Positions 44,962 to 55,146 of a DNA stretch of 64,000 bases are shown here, piece by piece (position 1 is the stretch's first letter; each line of letters starts with the position of its first letter). The translations under genes and the position numbers were made by a program. The notes under the pieces were generated by a model. The model saw only the letters and a program-made list of their open reading frames with translations, was not told the origin of the DNA and did no database searches. The stretch lies in the IMG/VR virus record IMGVR_UViG_3300049048_000052, positions 186,001-250,000 of that record. One strand, written 5' to 3'.

Positions 44962-47900
44962 TTAGTATGTTGTTAAGGCATACTTAGATTTCAAGGATTG
45001 CTCTATAGCCGCTGCCTCAGGTAAGGTCAGGGCTGTGTCCATAACATAGAGAGCGGCAATGTCGGCGGCTAGGGCTGGGTTACCGTTACCATCACCACAT
45101 ATATGACATCTAGTCCTATTCATGTGCCTATAGTTATATAGGATACTATCGTTTGTAGTATTAGAGGTAACAGTAGTAACTCCATTTACCCTAATATAAC
45201 GTGCCATATCTGGGAAGTGACTAACGACGATAACGTTCCAGCTATCCTGCACTGTATTACCAGTAGACGCCTCGTCAAAGGCCATGCCGTTGAAGCCCAT
45301 AAGATATCTAGTAGCCCCGTTAGCCCCATTCTTAATAACGACGATGCCTTGGTTGTTATAGCTGGTTGTAAGGTTAAATAGAAGACCAGTTCCTACGTTG
45401 CCCTGTCTAATAACACAGATAAAAGTGAAACCTCTTTGGAAGTCCCTGAAATGTGTACCAGGTAAGTCTAATAGCTTACTACCATTGAAGGCCAAGTAGG
45501 GTAAACCGTTGGGACCTCCCGATGTCAGGATAGGTGCACTAGCCTCTGGTCTAGTAGCCGTAATACCTGCACCAGATATATCAGCCCAGGCGGTGACCGC
45601 ATTGCCTGCCCCTACAGTAGTACCTACATCAGATTCATAACCTGCTAATAGACCTGGAGTACCAAAGAGAGTTCTAGTAGCATGAGGATACTCCTGAATA
45701 CCTGTAACGTAACTATAAGTACCAGTTAAGGTCTTGCCTGCATCCGCAGCATTAAAGATAAAGGAACCATTAGACATATTAACTATGGCTTCGTTGGGAC
45801 CTGGTACAGAGTTAAAGGTACCATATAAGGTTGCCAGGGGATTGCCACCATAACCAGATAGACTCAGACTGTGGTTATAGGTTTGGTCATTATCCAAACC
45901 TACAAATCTAGTATCTGGGCTACCCCCAAACATGGACTTAGGTACGATCACCCTATAAGGTGCTGTATTGGGTACAGTAACGCTTATGGCTTGATCTATC
46001 TTAAGGGGTTTAGCGTAGAAGGCAAACTCATGGTTTAGAGTGTTACTAACATCCTTGAATATACCCCTACAGACGTACTGGGTGTAGTAGTTATTAGCTA
46101 CAAAGTGAGGTGAGGATGTACCTGTTGCCCAGGCTATTGTTAAACCAAATGGCATAGCATCTGTAGATGTATGAGTAGTCTTGGCCCCAATAGCAGGCTC
46201 CTGTAACCAGGTATTAGTAATAGTACTCCAAACCCAAGGTCTAATAACCCAGGCGCTGCCATTCCATTCATAGTAATCCCAACCTAATGGGTTATCTCTA
46301 ATAGTAGTACCGCTCGTACCATTGACCATATTGCTCTGATTGAATATATGGAATTGGTAGTTACCAAAGTGAGCTATACCTTTGCCCATGTAGACAAAGC
46401 GGTAGCCCATGTCTATAGCTCGGTGATCGGCTGCCACCTTAGTACCGTTAATATCCCATATAGAGGTTCTACCAATTAGACAGTTCTTCTCAAAGAAGAT
46501 TTGGTTATATGGGGCTGAGTATACGGTACTGTTCCCCAGAATCGTAAAAGCGTCTTGCTGAGTAGTACCCCATGCCATCTTAGCAAGAATATGATTACTA
46601 CCATTAAACAGTTGTATAGCCCAGAAGCTACCACTGTCAGATACGTTAAAGAAGTTGTTATGGTTTATCCAATTAAGCGTATTAACAGTTGAGGTATATA
46701 AGAAATGACCGGTGGTAGCACCTGCTGCCTGACTCCACCAAACAACTCTCCTATTACTGTTATAAGTATTAGCATTAGTGCTCTGATCCCACAAAGCAAT
46801 GCCAAGGCGATCATCCACATGCTCAGGATCAACCTTTAAGAGTACTGCACATGCCCAATTACTATCTGTTAGACCAGCATAAGTAATAGGTAAGGCAACA
46901 CTAAAGTCATCACTATTAGCTAGTCTACCCTCTAGAACAGCATACACTCTACCGTTTCTACCTACGTCAACCCCATAACAAGCATCAGTTGTCATTCTGG
47001 TAACTGTAGCAGCTAGAAATGTAGGATTGAGACCTCCGGTTAGAGAGATCTTCCACAAGCCAGTAGCCCTACAGCCAGCCCATATCTCACCATTGGCAGG
47101 ATTAACCTCCACTTGATTAAGGGCAGTAACAGGTAGTGCAGGGGTAGTGGTAGCATCTAGGGCTATATAAGCACCGGTCATTATATCTACGACGTTAAGA
47201 CCTGTTGCATCCCATTGGATGATAGTACTCTCATTAAATCTAATAGCCTTAAGGGAGCCCATACCATGTTCTTTAACACGTATAGCTCTGTCAGGGTGGA
47301 AGAAGGGGTTAGTAGTGATCCTATCAGCCCAGGTGTTTCCGTTCTGACCTAAGAAGTGCTTAACGTTGATCCTATAGGTGGCCGTACCTACATTACCCCC
47401 AGTTACAACATCTAGGTTGTATATCTGAGGATACTTACCAGTCCAGGTGCTAGTCGTACCTGTAACAGTAAAAATACCAGACCCAGTAGCTAGGTTTTGA
47501 TCATCCTGCATTGGTAGAGTGGCTGCGGCTGAGTGACTATACTTAGCCTGTACAACATTAGTATTGGGAGTAGCATTCTCCATAGACCAGGCAGTAGCCG
47601 ATTTTAGTATAGGACTAGCCTGTGTCCAGTTAAAGGCGGGATCCAGAATACCATAGGTTATACCATTAACTACACGACCTATCTCTTGAGTCGTGTTGAC
47701 TGTATAGGTATGCTTAACCTTATATAAGGCCCTCTTAACTCCAATAGTATAACCCCTAGGTGGGGTATAGGCAGTACCCCTATTTGCTACAAAGCCTGCC
47801 TCCTGATTAGTCTCAGTATAGTAATCTATGTAAGGGAAAGTAGTAGAATTCTTAGTGACAGGAGTAAAGCTTAAAAATCCAGGCAGGAAAGCACCTCTAG

Positions 47901-48528
47901 AGTTATCATCCGAATAGGAGATGTTGGGTGCGGTGAAACCCGCCACAGCTCTATAGCATTCAATAGCGGCCTTAGGACTTATTCTTACATGTTGGTCTAC
48001 ATCTACAAACTGTATTCTATAGAATATATCTATAATGTCAGAGGGCCCCTGAGTACAAGGGACATCTAATACTAACCAAGCACTAACTGCCACATCGTTA
48101 ATTGGGCTAGCATGTGCATTACTTGAGGGTAGGGATGTGGTAAGGCATACCGTATTAAATGATCTAGATGAACCTATAAAACTAATCCTGTTCTGTACCT
48201 GATAATAGGGAGGACTGACATCCTCTGTTAGGGTAGGAGATGTTACACCAGAGGCGACGAAGCCAGTGGCTATAATACCATCTATATACCATCTACCCAT
48301 ATTTGGGGTCTCAGACTGATTACCTATAGATATGAAATTACCTCTCAAATAGTTCCTATGAGGGTTAGGATTACCAAAGTTGTTACCACCCTCTAACAGA
48401 CCTATATAAAGCCAGTTACAGACTACGTTATCCTTCTTGATAACCTGCTTGACCTCACCAGTATTAGAATCTATAACTCTAATCTCGGCAGATCCTTTTA
48501 GTGTTGGTCCTTGAAATTGCATGTTCAT
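44962..48528 (-). CDS. tail fibre / receptor-binding protein (1188 aa) with a probable beta-propeller and a C-terminal LamG/concanavalin-like domain
   Basis: Propeller-like repeats (LNQVEVNP.NGEIWAG...GLWK; YGVDV..NGRVY); C-terminal AWADISG.G..AT...APIL...G.NG.P.LAFNG. Confidence 0.7.
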   Translation of the reverse strand: MNMQFQGPTLKGSAEIRVIDSNTGEVKQVIKKDNVVCNWLYIGLLEGGNNFGNPNPHRNYLRGNFISIGNQSETPNMGRWYIDGIIATGFVASGVTSPTLTEDVSPPYYQVQNRISFIGSSRSFNTVCLTTSLPSSNAHASPINDVAVSAWLVLDVPCTQGPSDIIDIFYRIQFVDVDQHVRISPKAAIECYRAVAGFTAPNISYSDDNSRGAFLPGFLSFTPVTKNSTTFPYIDYYTETNQEAGFVANRGTAYTPPRGYTIGVKRALYKVKHTYTVNTTQEIGRVVNGITYGILDPAFNWTQASPILKSATAWSMENATPNTNVVQAKYSHSAAATLPMQDDQNLATGSGIFTVTGTTSTWTGKYPQIYNLDVVTGGNVGTATYRINVKHFLGQNGNTWADRITTNPFFHPDRAIRVKEHGMGSLKAIRFNESTIIQWDATGLNVVDIMTGAYIALDATTTPALPVTALNQVEVNPANGEIWAGCRATGLWKISLTGGLNPTFLAATVTRMTTDACYGVDVGRNGRVYAVLEGRLANSDDFSVALPITYAGLTDSNWACAVLLKVDPEHVDDRLGIALWDQSTNANTYNSNRRVVWWSQAAGATTGHFLYTSTVNTLNWINHNNFFNVSDSGSFWAIQLFNGSNHILAKMAWGTTQQDAFTILGNSTVYSAPYNQIFFEKNCLIGRTSIWDINGTKVAADHRAIDMGYRFVYMGKGIAHFGNYQFHIFNQSNMVNGTSGTTIRDNPLGWDYYEWNGSAWVIRPWVWSTITNTWLQEPAIGAKTTHTSTDAMPFGLTIAWATGTSSPHFVANNYYTQYVCRGIFKDVSNTLNHEFAFYAKPLKIDQAISVTVPNTAPYRVIVPKSMFGGSPDTRFVGLDNDQTYNHSLSLSGYGGNPLATLYGTFNSVPGPNEAIVNMSNGSFIFNAADAGKTLTGTYSYVTGIQEYPHATRTLFGTPGLLAGYESDVGTTVGAGNAVTAWADISGAGITATRPEASAPILTSGGPNGLPYLAFNGSKLLDLPGTHFRDFQRGFTFICVIRQGNVGTGLLFNLTTSYNNQGIVVIKNGANGATRYLMGFNGMAFDEASTGNTVQDSWNVIVVSHFPDMARYIRVNGVTTVTSNTTNDSILYNYRHMNRTRCHICGDGNGNPALAADIAALYVMDTALTLPEAAAIEQSLKSKYALTTY

Positions 48529-48544
48529 GTTCCTTTTATAATGT

Positions 48545-49528
48545 TTAACCTAATACTAGACCACCTGAGTTCCAGGTATAAGGCGTGTTTGTCTTAGTAG
48601 TCTGGGTTAGAGAGTAACCAGGACTCAATGGGGCTGCCTCTGCAGTGGGCTCCAGATTAACCAGTAGGCTATAGAAGGGCAGAGGAGTATTTATAAGTAT
48701 AGTGGTATTAGCACTATAGGCTGGAGCTAAGACACCGGGATCTACATACTCTTGGTTAGTAAAGGCAGTGGAAAAGGTTAAGTTAGTTGGCGTTACTGTA
48801 GTACTAGCTAACCCGTAGCCTGGTGAGAGAGACCCACTATCATCCGCAATAGGTAGAGTAGGTATACTAGAGTAGTATAGAACATCTGAGTCTCTATGTC
48901 TTAATACTCCATTAGTTACATAGTTAAACCTAATCTTAAACCAGCTGGGTGCTTCATCTAATAGACCCCTAGGAACCGAGGCTGCAGGGAATGTCTCTAC
49001 AGGGTCATATGTTCCCGTGGTTGGGGACAGCTTAAGCCACGTACTACTATGCCAATATAGGGTATCAGCGGGTGCAGGCCAAGTTATTAGTGCGGTAGTC
49101 GCAACGTAAGCCTTGGATAAATATAAGGGGGCTGCGGCTGTTGTAGAGGTAACAGAGGTTTGTCTGTTATCAATTTCTATACTCCTAGTATTGCTGTAGG
49201 CTGGGCCTACATTTGCTGGAGATTGGGGTACCGTACTTATCTTTACATCAAACGTTGTATCAACTAGTGGTCCAGGTATTGTGGCCCTTACTACAATAGG
49301 ATTAATGTCTAGTACGTTATTTGCTAGACCACAGAAGGTAGGGGCTAAGGTATTCCCATTAGTAATAGTTAGCGGTCTACCACTTATTTGACTCCAAGTA
49401 ACGGGGGCATCAGGTGGACTACTGGCCATACCTGCAAACGTTAGACAATCAATACATATAACGTTGTAGGCCTCAGGACCTGTTATAGTGGCTAAGTTTA
49501 GAGCAGGAAAGAATAGAAATCTTCTCAT
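48545..49528 (-). CDS. virion protein with PKD/Ig-like domain
   Basis: VTWSQISG.PLTITN.NT.APTF is a PKD-like pattern; Thr/Pro-rich. Confidence 0.6.
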   Translation of the reverse strand: MRRFLFFPALNLATITGPEAYNVICIDCLTFAGMASSPPDAPVTWSQISGRPLTITNGNTLAPTFCGLANNVLDINPIVVRATIPGPLVDTTFDVKISTVPQSPANVGPAYSNTRSIEIDNRQTSVTSTTAAAPLYLSKAYVATTALITWPAPADTLYWHSSTWLKLSPTTGTYDPVETFPAASVPRGLLDEAPSWFKIRFNYVTNGVLRHRDSDVLYYSSIPTLPIADDSGSLSPGYGLASTTVTPTNLTFSTAFTNQEYVDPGVLAPAYSANTTILINTPLPFYSLLVNLEPTAEAAPLSPGYSLTQTTKTNTPYTWNSGGLVLG

Positions 49529-50133
49529 TACTTTGTTACCCTCAGTGTGAATGCTAAATTAGAGGGTGTTACTACACTAATCACTTCAAGTTCTACTAAA
49601 CTATTAATTGTCACAGCACCGCTATTTGCTGTAAATGTGGTAACACTAGTACTAGCAGAGACTGCGGTAATACCACTAACGGCTACCCCATTAACCTTAA
49701 GGGTTACTACAGCAGAGCCTGCCGTTAACCTAAGGGCTAATGAATTAATAGTATAAGCAAAGGCAGCACTTACATCTAATATATATGACTTAACTACAGG
49801 AGTCTCTATATGACCCGTCAAGGCATCCATATTAGCCGTAGGTATATATTTACCTAAGGTACCGTTATAACGGAGTACATCTCCATTAACAGGGGGATTA
49901 CTATCAACAGGCACACCCTGTATACCTGAGACAATAGGTAAGTTGGCAGTACCTGATAGATCCTTAGTAAGTCTAAGTCTACCCTTAACTAGAGATGAGG
50001 CATCCACTAGTATCTGGGATACAGTTATCTTCTCATTAGTAGGAGTGCTATTAGCGGACCTAACTAAGGGTAGTAAGTCCTCGTCCGCTACGGCAGTGGC
50101 TGCTAATAATTCAGTTATCTTCTTACCAGCCAT
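49528..50133 (-). CDS. short tail-fibre-like protein, paralog of 50136..50795
   Basis: KKITELLAAT...D.L.LV N-terminus; DASSLVKGRLRLTKDLSGTA..P; shared C-terminal domain. Confidence 0.7.
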   Translation of the reverse strand: MAGKKITELLAATAVADEDLLPLVRSANSTPTNEKITVSQILVDASSLVKGRLRLTKDLSGTANLPIVSGIQGVPVDSNPPVNGDVLRYNGTLGKYIPTANMDALTGHIETPVVKSYILDVSAAFAYTINSLALRLTAGSAVVTLKVNGVAVSGITAVSASTSVTTFTANSGAVTINSLVELEVISVVTPSNLAFTLRVTK

Positions 50134-50135
50134 TC

Positions 50136-50795
50136 TTAACCTACCCTGCTAATCTCTATTGTAAATGAGAGGTCTGTTACTGTACCTGATGGCACAACCT
50201 GCATAGATACGGTAGCCCCGATAGGAACTAATATACCCTGAGGGGCTACGGTTCTCTGTGAACCAGTATTAGCCGTCAGGTTACTTAAGCCTGATACAGG
50301 ATTACCATCTACTCTAAGAGTAACCGATGCAGTACCACTTACGGTCTGCATAGTTATACCCTCTAGGTAGTAAGCATATACGGCCCTCTGCTCTAAAATG
50401 TATGCTTTATTAAGTGGCAGCTCTATCTGCCCACTAATACTGTCTATAGGTTCAAACTTAGCAACCCTTACCCAGTTGGATGTGTCTGAGTAGTATATAG
50501 CACCAGTCTGACTAACATATGCTAATTGAATGTCTGAGGGAGCGGGAGGTAGGGATGCTACGGTTGTGTATATAGGTATAACAAGGGCGCCCCCATCGGA
50601 ACCCCCAGTGCCGTTGCTAATACTAACAATACGTCCTTTAGCATCAACGGTTACATTAGCATTGTTGTAAAGACCTGCTACGACCCCAGTACTAGATAGT
50701 TGGGGAGATTCAGCAGTTCCCGCTAAGTCCCCTGTGAGTCTGATCTTACCCTTAATAGTCTGGGTAGCATCAGGTGTATATAAATTAAGTCCCAT
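50136..50795 (-). CDS. short tail-fibre-like protein, paralog of 49528..50133
   Basis: DATQTIKGKIRLTGDLAGTA..P; AG.YNNANVTVDAKGRIVSISNG repeat; shared C-terminal domain. Confidence 0.7.
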   Translation of the reverse strand: MGLNLYTPDATQTIKGKIRLTGDLAGTAESPQLSSTGVVAGLYNNANVTVDAKGRIVSISNGTGGSDGGALVIPIYTTVASLPPAPSDIQLAYVSQTGAIYYSDTSNWVRVAKFEPIDSISGQIELPLNKAYILEQRAVYAYYLEGITMQTVSGTASVTLRVDGNPVSGLSNLTANTGSQRTVAPQGILVPIGATVSMQVVPSGTVTDLSFTIEISRVG

Positions 50796-50808
50796 TTGAT
50801 ATCAGCCT

Positions 50809-53292
50809 CTAAGGATAAGGTGTGAATAATTCGAGGTATATAGGATCACCATTATCTTCTAATAGCGTATCTGTACCGTCTTCTAGTAGGAGAATTAAAG
50901 GCTCCACGGGTATCTCATCTAGATATGTGTGATCGTAACATAGAGGACCTATATCGTTGAGGTCAAAATCCTGGAGTATACCTTCCAAGTAGAGAAGTTT
51001 AATACCTGCAGCTCTAATACGCTCAGTTTCAAGGATAACGTCCTCATCCAATATTTGCTTCACTCTAAGTTCAATAACATTAACGGAGGCATAATCATTA
51101 CCTGATATCAGACTATTGCTTATATCCTTGTTACCTGTATAAGTCTTAGGGGAATCAAATGTTAATACATCCTTCCAAGGTTCATATATCTCTATAGGAT
51201 TTATCTCTATAAGCTCAAGACAGGTTTTAAATGAGGACTCTGTATTGGCGCCACCTATAATCTTATGTATCAACCTATTGGTATACTTGTAATCCTCTTC
51301 TCTAAATCTCCTGGATAGCTTAAGATCCTTACCTGTTCTATTTAGATTAGAGCCTCTAGAGGTGGTAATATTGCTGGACTTTCTTACTCTTAGTAGTGTA
51401 GTGGGGATATTAGCAAGTGCCCTACTAACAGATAACAATATAGAACCTAGGACGTTCTTAGGAGACTTGGATAGTTCACTTACCCAAGTGAAATTAATAG
51501 GCCAGGAGTCTCTAACTCTATTAAGGTTTTGGGATCTATGGAACTCTAGAGTATAGAGGTCCTCTATAGAGAATATAGAGGAGAACTCATAGGACCATAG
51601 GGCATTGGGTAGTAGACACTCTGATACAAATGATATGCTCAGGGTATTCCTGTCTGATGCTTGATAGTCTGTAAGGTTACTATATACCTGATCTAGTTGA
51701 CCAATATAGTCTACTAGGTAGTTTGAGTTAAATGCTGATTGGATATTGCTATATAGTAAAGTGTTTATTCTAAGTACTTGATTAGTAGTGTAAGAATCAC
51801 TAATAGATATTACATTAAATATAGATAGGTTATTAGGGTTGCTGATGTCTATGTTAATTAGTTGATCAGGCGCCTTTAGCTTGCTAGATAAGAAGGCTAT
51901 GAGAGACTCTGTTATATCTGCCCTACCCTGTAGCCAGGAGAATGTAAGGCCATATGCAGTTGATTCTAGAGTTATATTAAGGTCACTATAGGATTGTACA
52001 AACTGATTAGAGCTTGTATCAAATAGTAGCCTGTAAACAGAATTAGATATTTCCAAGGAATACTCTAATAATGATTGTTGTTTGGTTACATCATAGGCTT
52101 TGAGAAGGGCTAATGAAGTAATAATAGAGGTACTAGTGTTATATACCTCTATAGGTACAGAGAGACCATATACATCATTATGTGTATGACCTTCCCTCAA
52201 TAGAGAGGTCTCAACATTAATCTGAGATAGCAGATAGGTGGCTATAAGATTAATAGTAGGTTCATACCTACTATCGTTATAACTTAATTGGTATACACAG
52301 TAGGCATACAGTAACCATGCAAGGGCCCTTGTGTTTACCTCTCTAGATATAAGAGTTTCATCAATGCCGACTTTAACACAATCATTCTCTAAACAACCCT
52401 CTTCTATGTAACGTACCTCATTATTCTGATACTTGTTATCAGCATTAGGCCCGTATATATCTGAAGGCTCAGTATAGGTGGCAGGATACCTAGGAATAGA
52501 GCCATATCGCTTGGAAGAGATATCACGATCTACTAACCTAGATAATCTGGCTAGATTATCCTCTATTACCTGTTTTATATGAGGGTCTCTATAAGAGTCA
52601 TCTCTATATAAAGTTTGGCCCTTAATAGGTCTATAGTAATTAGTAAGTAGTAGAGGTAATAATGAGAATGCTATATCCTCTAGGTCCGTCTTCTGATCTA
52701 CGTAGTTGTAACCTAATATATAACCTGTTTGATAACGTGTTAGGTTATCCGGATTACTATAGGTGCCCATATGGTTAAGTACAGGAGTAACTGTAGTAGG
52801 ACTTACCCTCTTAAGCTGCACAAACTTAATGGATTGAGGTAATAAGGAGTAAGAACGGAAGGTCATATTATTAAATAGACTTACATTCTCATCTCTAATA
52901 GCGATATCCCCACAAGCCAAATATACATAACCTATATCCACTACATAAGTATCGCCATTTTCATCTAGGGGACCCCTTACCCAATATTGGGTGGTGCCCC
53001 CTATTGTCCTGCTGATATCGGTCTTAATGGCTGTGGTCCATATACCAGTTTCTTCTAAACAGCCATACTCAATGCAGTCCTTCTCTACTATGGTACCGCC
53101 ATAGTCTAAAGCAAGGTATCTTACTATACCCTCTACTATACCCCTATCGTAGTAGCCGCCATTCTTGGTTAACTCTATATGTACTAAGGGTCTATTCGGG
53201 TCTGTAGTAATATTACTCTTTATAAGAGATTCCCCTCCGGTTCTATGGAGACTCTCTAGATGGGAAGTACAGAGTTCTTCTCTTGTTATCAC
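50809..53292 (-). CDS. baseplate wedge-like protein with a central alpha/alpha-toroid-like region
   Basis: C-terminal R...E.D.KY..R......NT....IEIYEPW...DY..VNVIEL....IRAAGIK is wedge-like; centre has helical hairpin repeats (ALAWLLYAY, TSLALLKAY, ESTAYGL); tail LLLEDG..LLEDNG..I.LE. Confidence 0.55.
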   Translation of the reverse strand: MITREELCTSHLESLHRTGGESLIKSNITTDPNRPLVHIELTKNGGYYDRGIVEGIVRYLALDYGGTIVEKDCIEYGCLEETGIWTTAIKTDISRTIGGTTQYWVRGPLDENGDTYVVDIGYVYLACGDIAIRDENVSLFNNMTFRSYSLLPQSIKFVQLKRVSPTTVTPVLNHMGTYSNPDNLTRYQTGYILGYNYVDQKTDLEDIAFSLLPLLLTNYYRPIKGQTLYRDDSYRDPHIKQVIEDNLARLSRLVDRDISSKRYGSIPRYPATYTEPSDIYGPNADNKYQNNEVRYIEEGCLENDCVKVGIDETLISREVNTRALAWLLYAYCVYQLSYNDSRYEPTINLIATYLLSQINVETSLLREGHTHNDVYGLSVPIEVYNTSTSIITSLALLKAYDVTKQQSLLEYSLEISNSVYRLLFDTSSNQFVQSYSDLNITLESTAYGLTFSWLQGRADITESLIAFLSSKLKAPDQLINIDISNPNNLSIFNVISISDSYTTNQVLRINTLLYSNIQSAFNSNYLVDYIGQLDQVYSNLTDYQASDRNTLSISFVSECLLPNALWSYEFSSIFSIEDLYTLEFHRSQNLNRVRDSWPINFTWVSELSKSPKNVLGSILLSVSRALANIPTTLLRVRKSSNITTSRGSNLNRTGKDLKLSRRFREEDYKYTNRLIHKIIGGANTESSFKTCLELIEINPIEIYEPWKDVLTFDSPKTYTGNKDISNSLISGNDYASVNVIELRVKQILDEDVILETERIRAAGIKLLYLEGILQDFDLNDIGPLCYDHTYLDEIPVEPLILLLEDGTDTLLEDNGDPIYLELFTPYP

Positions 53293-54350
53293 TATACTAT
53301 CCTCAAGTCTATAACTAGGGAGTCTATACCTATGGCACTCTCAGCCTCTACGCTAATATCCTCAGTAGGTGTTATAACCTGACAGTTAGTTATGCCGGGT
53401 ACAGCTAGAGCTATAGCTGCTATAGAACTAAGGGACATTGTGCCGCCTAGTGGTATAGACTCGCCGTAAGAGGTGATCCTGGCTTTTACTTCGGATAATG
53501 TGGCCTGGTATATATCAGGCCTATCAGTGTTTAATAGGAGTGATACTGATGTCCTATAAACCTGCAATGGCTTAACTATATAAGATACACCGGAGGCCTT
53601 ATTCTGATCTATGAGAGCCCTTACAGAGGCTTGAACTCTTGCATCTTGACTGTCTATATATACAGTTATGAAACCCGTAGCAGGTGTGTGTTCCTTAATA
53701 TATATTCTGCCCGGCACATAGGATAATATGGCCGTATATATAGCCTCTCTAGTACCCCTAGCTAAACTAGTAATATAAGAGGATATCCTAGATCTCAGCT
53801 GCCTATCTGACTCAGAGGACTTACCTCCTACAAGCGATACCTGAGGTTCTTTAGTAGTTGGGTCCCTATACTTACCTACTACAAATGTAACCTGAGGATA
53901 TCTAGCAGAGAATAGTCTGATACCTGCATCCAGATTGGCATCGCTAGTGTTATCTACTGAGGTAATAGGTATGGGATTCTCAGTATAGATAAATACGTCA
54001 GCGGTAGTAGTAAACTGTAGGGTCTGCTGTGCGTTGGTTAGTACTGTGCCAGAGGGTATTTCTATCTGACTAGCAGAGGCTAGAACAAAGCCGCTGGCGG
54101 GTAGACCTAACTGTCTGGCCAGACCTACATCAGATGCCTTGCGATCTAGCTCTTCTGCTTTAGCAGTGTCTAGATAAAAGGAGTTCTCTATATTAGATAA
54201 GAGTAGATCTTGTTCAGCCGCTATTATGGCACTGCTCCTTAGCAGTGCATATATATTACTAAAGGGGGAGAAGTTAGCCAAGGGTGAGGATAGAGACTGT
54301 AAGCCCCTTCTCATGGTTTGCATAACCTCGTTTACTGATCTGGGTATCAT
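53292..54350 (-). CDS. baseplate J-like protein
   Basis: LDTA....LDRKA.D.GL.R..G..ASG, IPSGT, F.TT, GGK..ESD.QLR.RI...I.SL..GT..AI, VPG..NCQV.TP. Confidence 0.85.
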   Translation of the reverse strand: MIPRSVNEVMQTMRRGLQSLSSPLANFSPFSNIYALLRSSAIIAAEQDLLLSNIENSFYLDTAKAEELDRKASDVGLARQLGLPASGFVLASASQIEIPSGTVLTNAQQTLQFTTTADVFIYTENPIPITSVDNTSDANLDAGIRLFSARYPQVTFVVGKYRDPTTKEPQVSLVGGKSSESDRQLRSRISSYITSLARGTREAIYTAILSYVPGRIYIKEHTPATGFITVYIDSQDARVQASVRALIDQNKASGVSYIVKPLQVYRTSVSLLLNTDRPDIYQATLSEVKARITSYGESIPLGGTMSLSSIAAIALAVPGITNCQVITPTEDISVEAESAIGIDSLVIDLRIV

Positions 54351-54772
54351 AGACTTAATGTGGTAACAATAGTTTGGACGGGTTGTCCTAGTAGGGAATA
54401 CTCAACCTTAACGTCAATAGTATCGAAGCTGACAACGTTAACTCTTACTGACTCAAGATTAATCTCAGAGGACACAAAGGATATAGCACTCTCTATATCC
54501 TGTTTAATCTGGGAGACAAGATTAACTGTAAGGCCCTCAGATAGACGACTATATATAGCATCCCCAAAACCCCCATCCAGATTAGATATACCATTAGTAT
54601 CTATAACATAGCGACCTATATAACCTAAGGGCGTCTCAACGGCCCTTCTTACTAAGTGTCTAATGGCAGTCACTTCATCCTCTACCTCTATGTCATAGTA
54701 GGTAATACTATCGTCGGCGCCATCAAACTCTCTAATAGAAAAGTCCTGATTTACTAGTTTTATGTCTATCAT
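54347..54772 (-). CDS. gp25/W-like baseplate wedge protein
   Basis: AI...V.R...TPLG....FG..I...L.E; I...I........V.V....I.V.VEY; directly upstream of J. Confidence 0.7.
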   Translation of the reverse strand: MIDIKLVNQDFSIREFDGADDSITYYDIEVEDEVTAIRHLVRRAVETPLGYIGRYVIDTNGISNLDGGFGDAIYSRLSEGLTVNLVSQIKQDIESAISFVSSEINLESVRVNVVSFDTIDVKVEYSLLGQPVQTIVTTLSL

Positions 54773-55146
54773 GATAGGGGTATAGGTGGGAATGTAGAGA
54801 AGGGCATACCTACTATTAACTTGGCTTTATCCCTAGTAATTCCTACTACTATTTGGCCGGATACACTGGTATTACCATTCTTGTAAACAGTTATCTTAAT
54901 AGTATAGAAACCTAGGTTCAGATTGTTACTCTTTTTGTATAAGAAGAGTACCCCATTAGCAGAGTAATTGACTATCTCTTCCCATAGCTTCATTTGGGTA
55001 GGACCACAGTTAAGCCAGTTAAAGTTAGGATTCTCAGATGAGTAATGTATTTCACACTTAGTGGCCACAGCATCTGCTACATCTAAGGCAGGCACAAATA
55101 CGGCTATACCCTTATTAATTACGGGAGGTGGTGCAATTGGTTTCAT
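54769..55146 (-). CDS. hypothetical baseplate-region protein
   Basis: 125 aa, ATGA coupling on both sides. Confidence 0.7.
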   Translation of the reverse strand: MKPIAPPPVINKGIAVFVPALDVADAVATKCEIHYSSENPNFNWLNCGPTQMKLWEEIVNYSANGVLFLYKKSNNLNLGFYTIKITVYKNGNTSVSGQIVVGITRDKAKLIVGMPFSTFPPIPLS

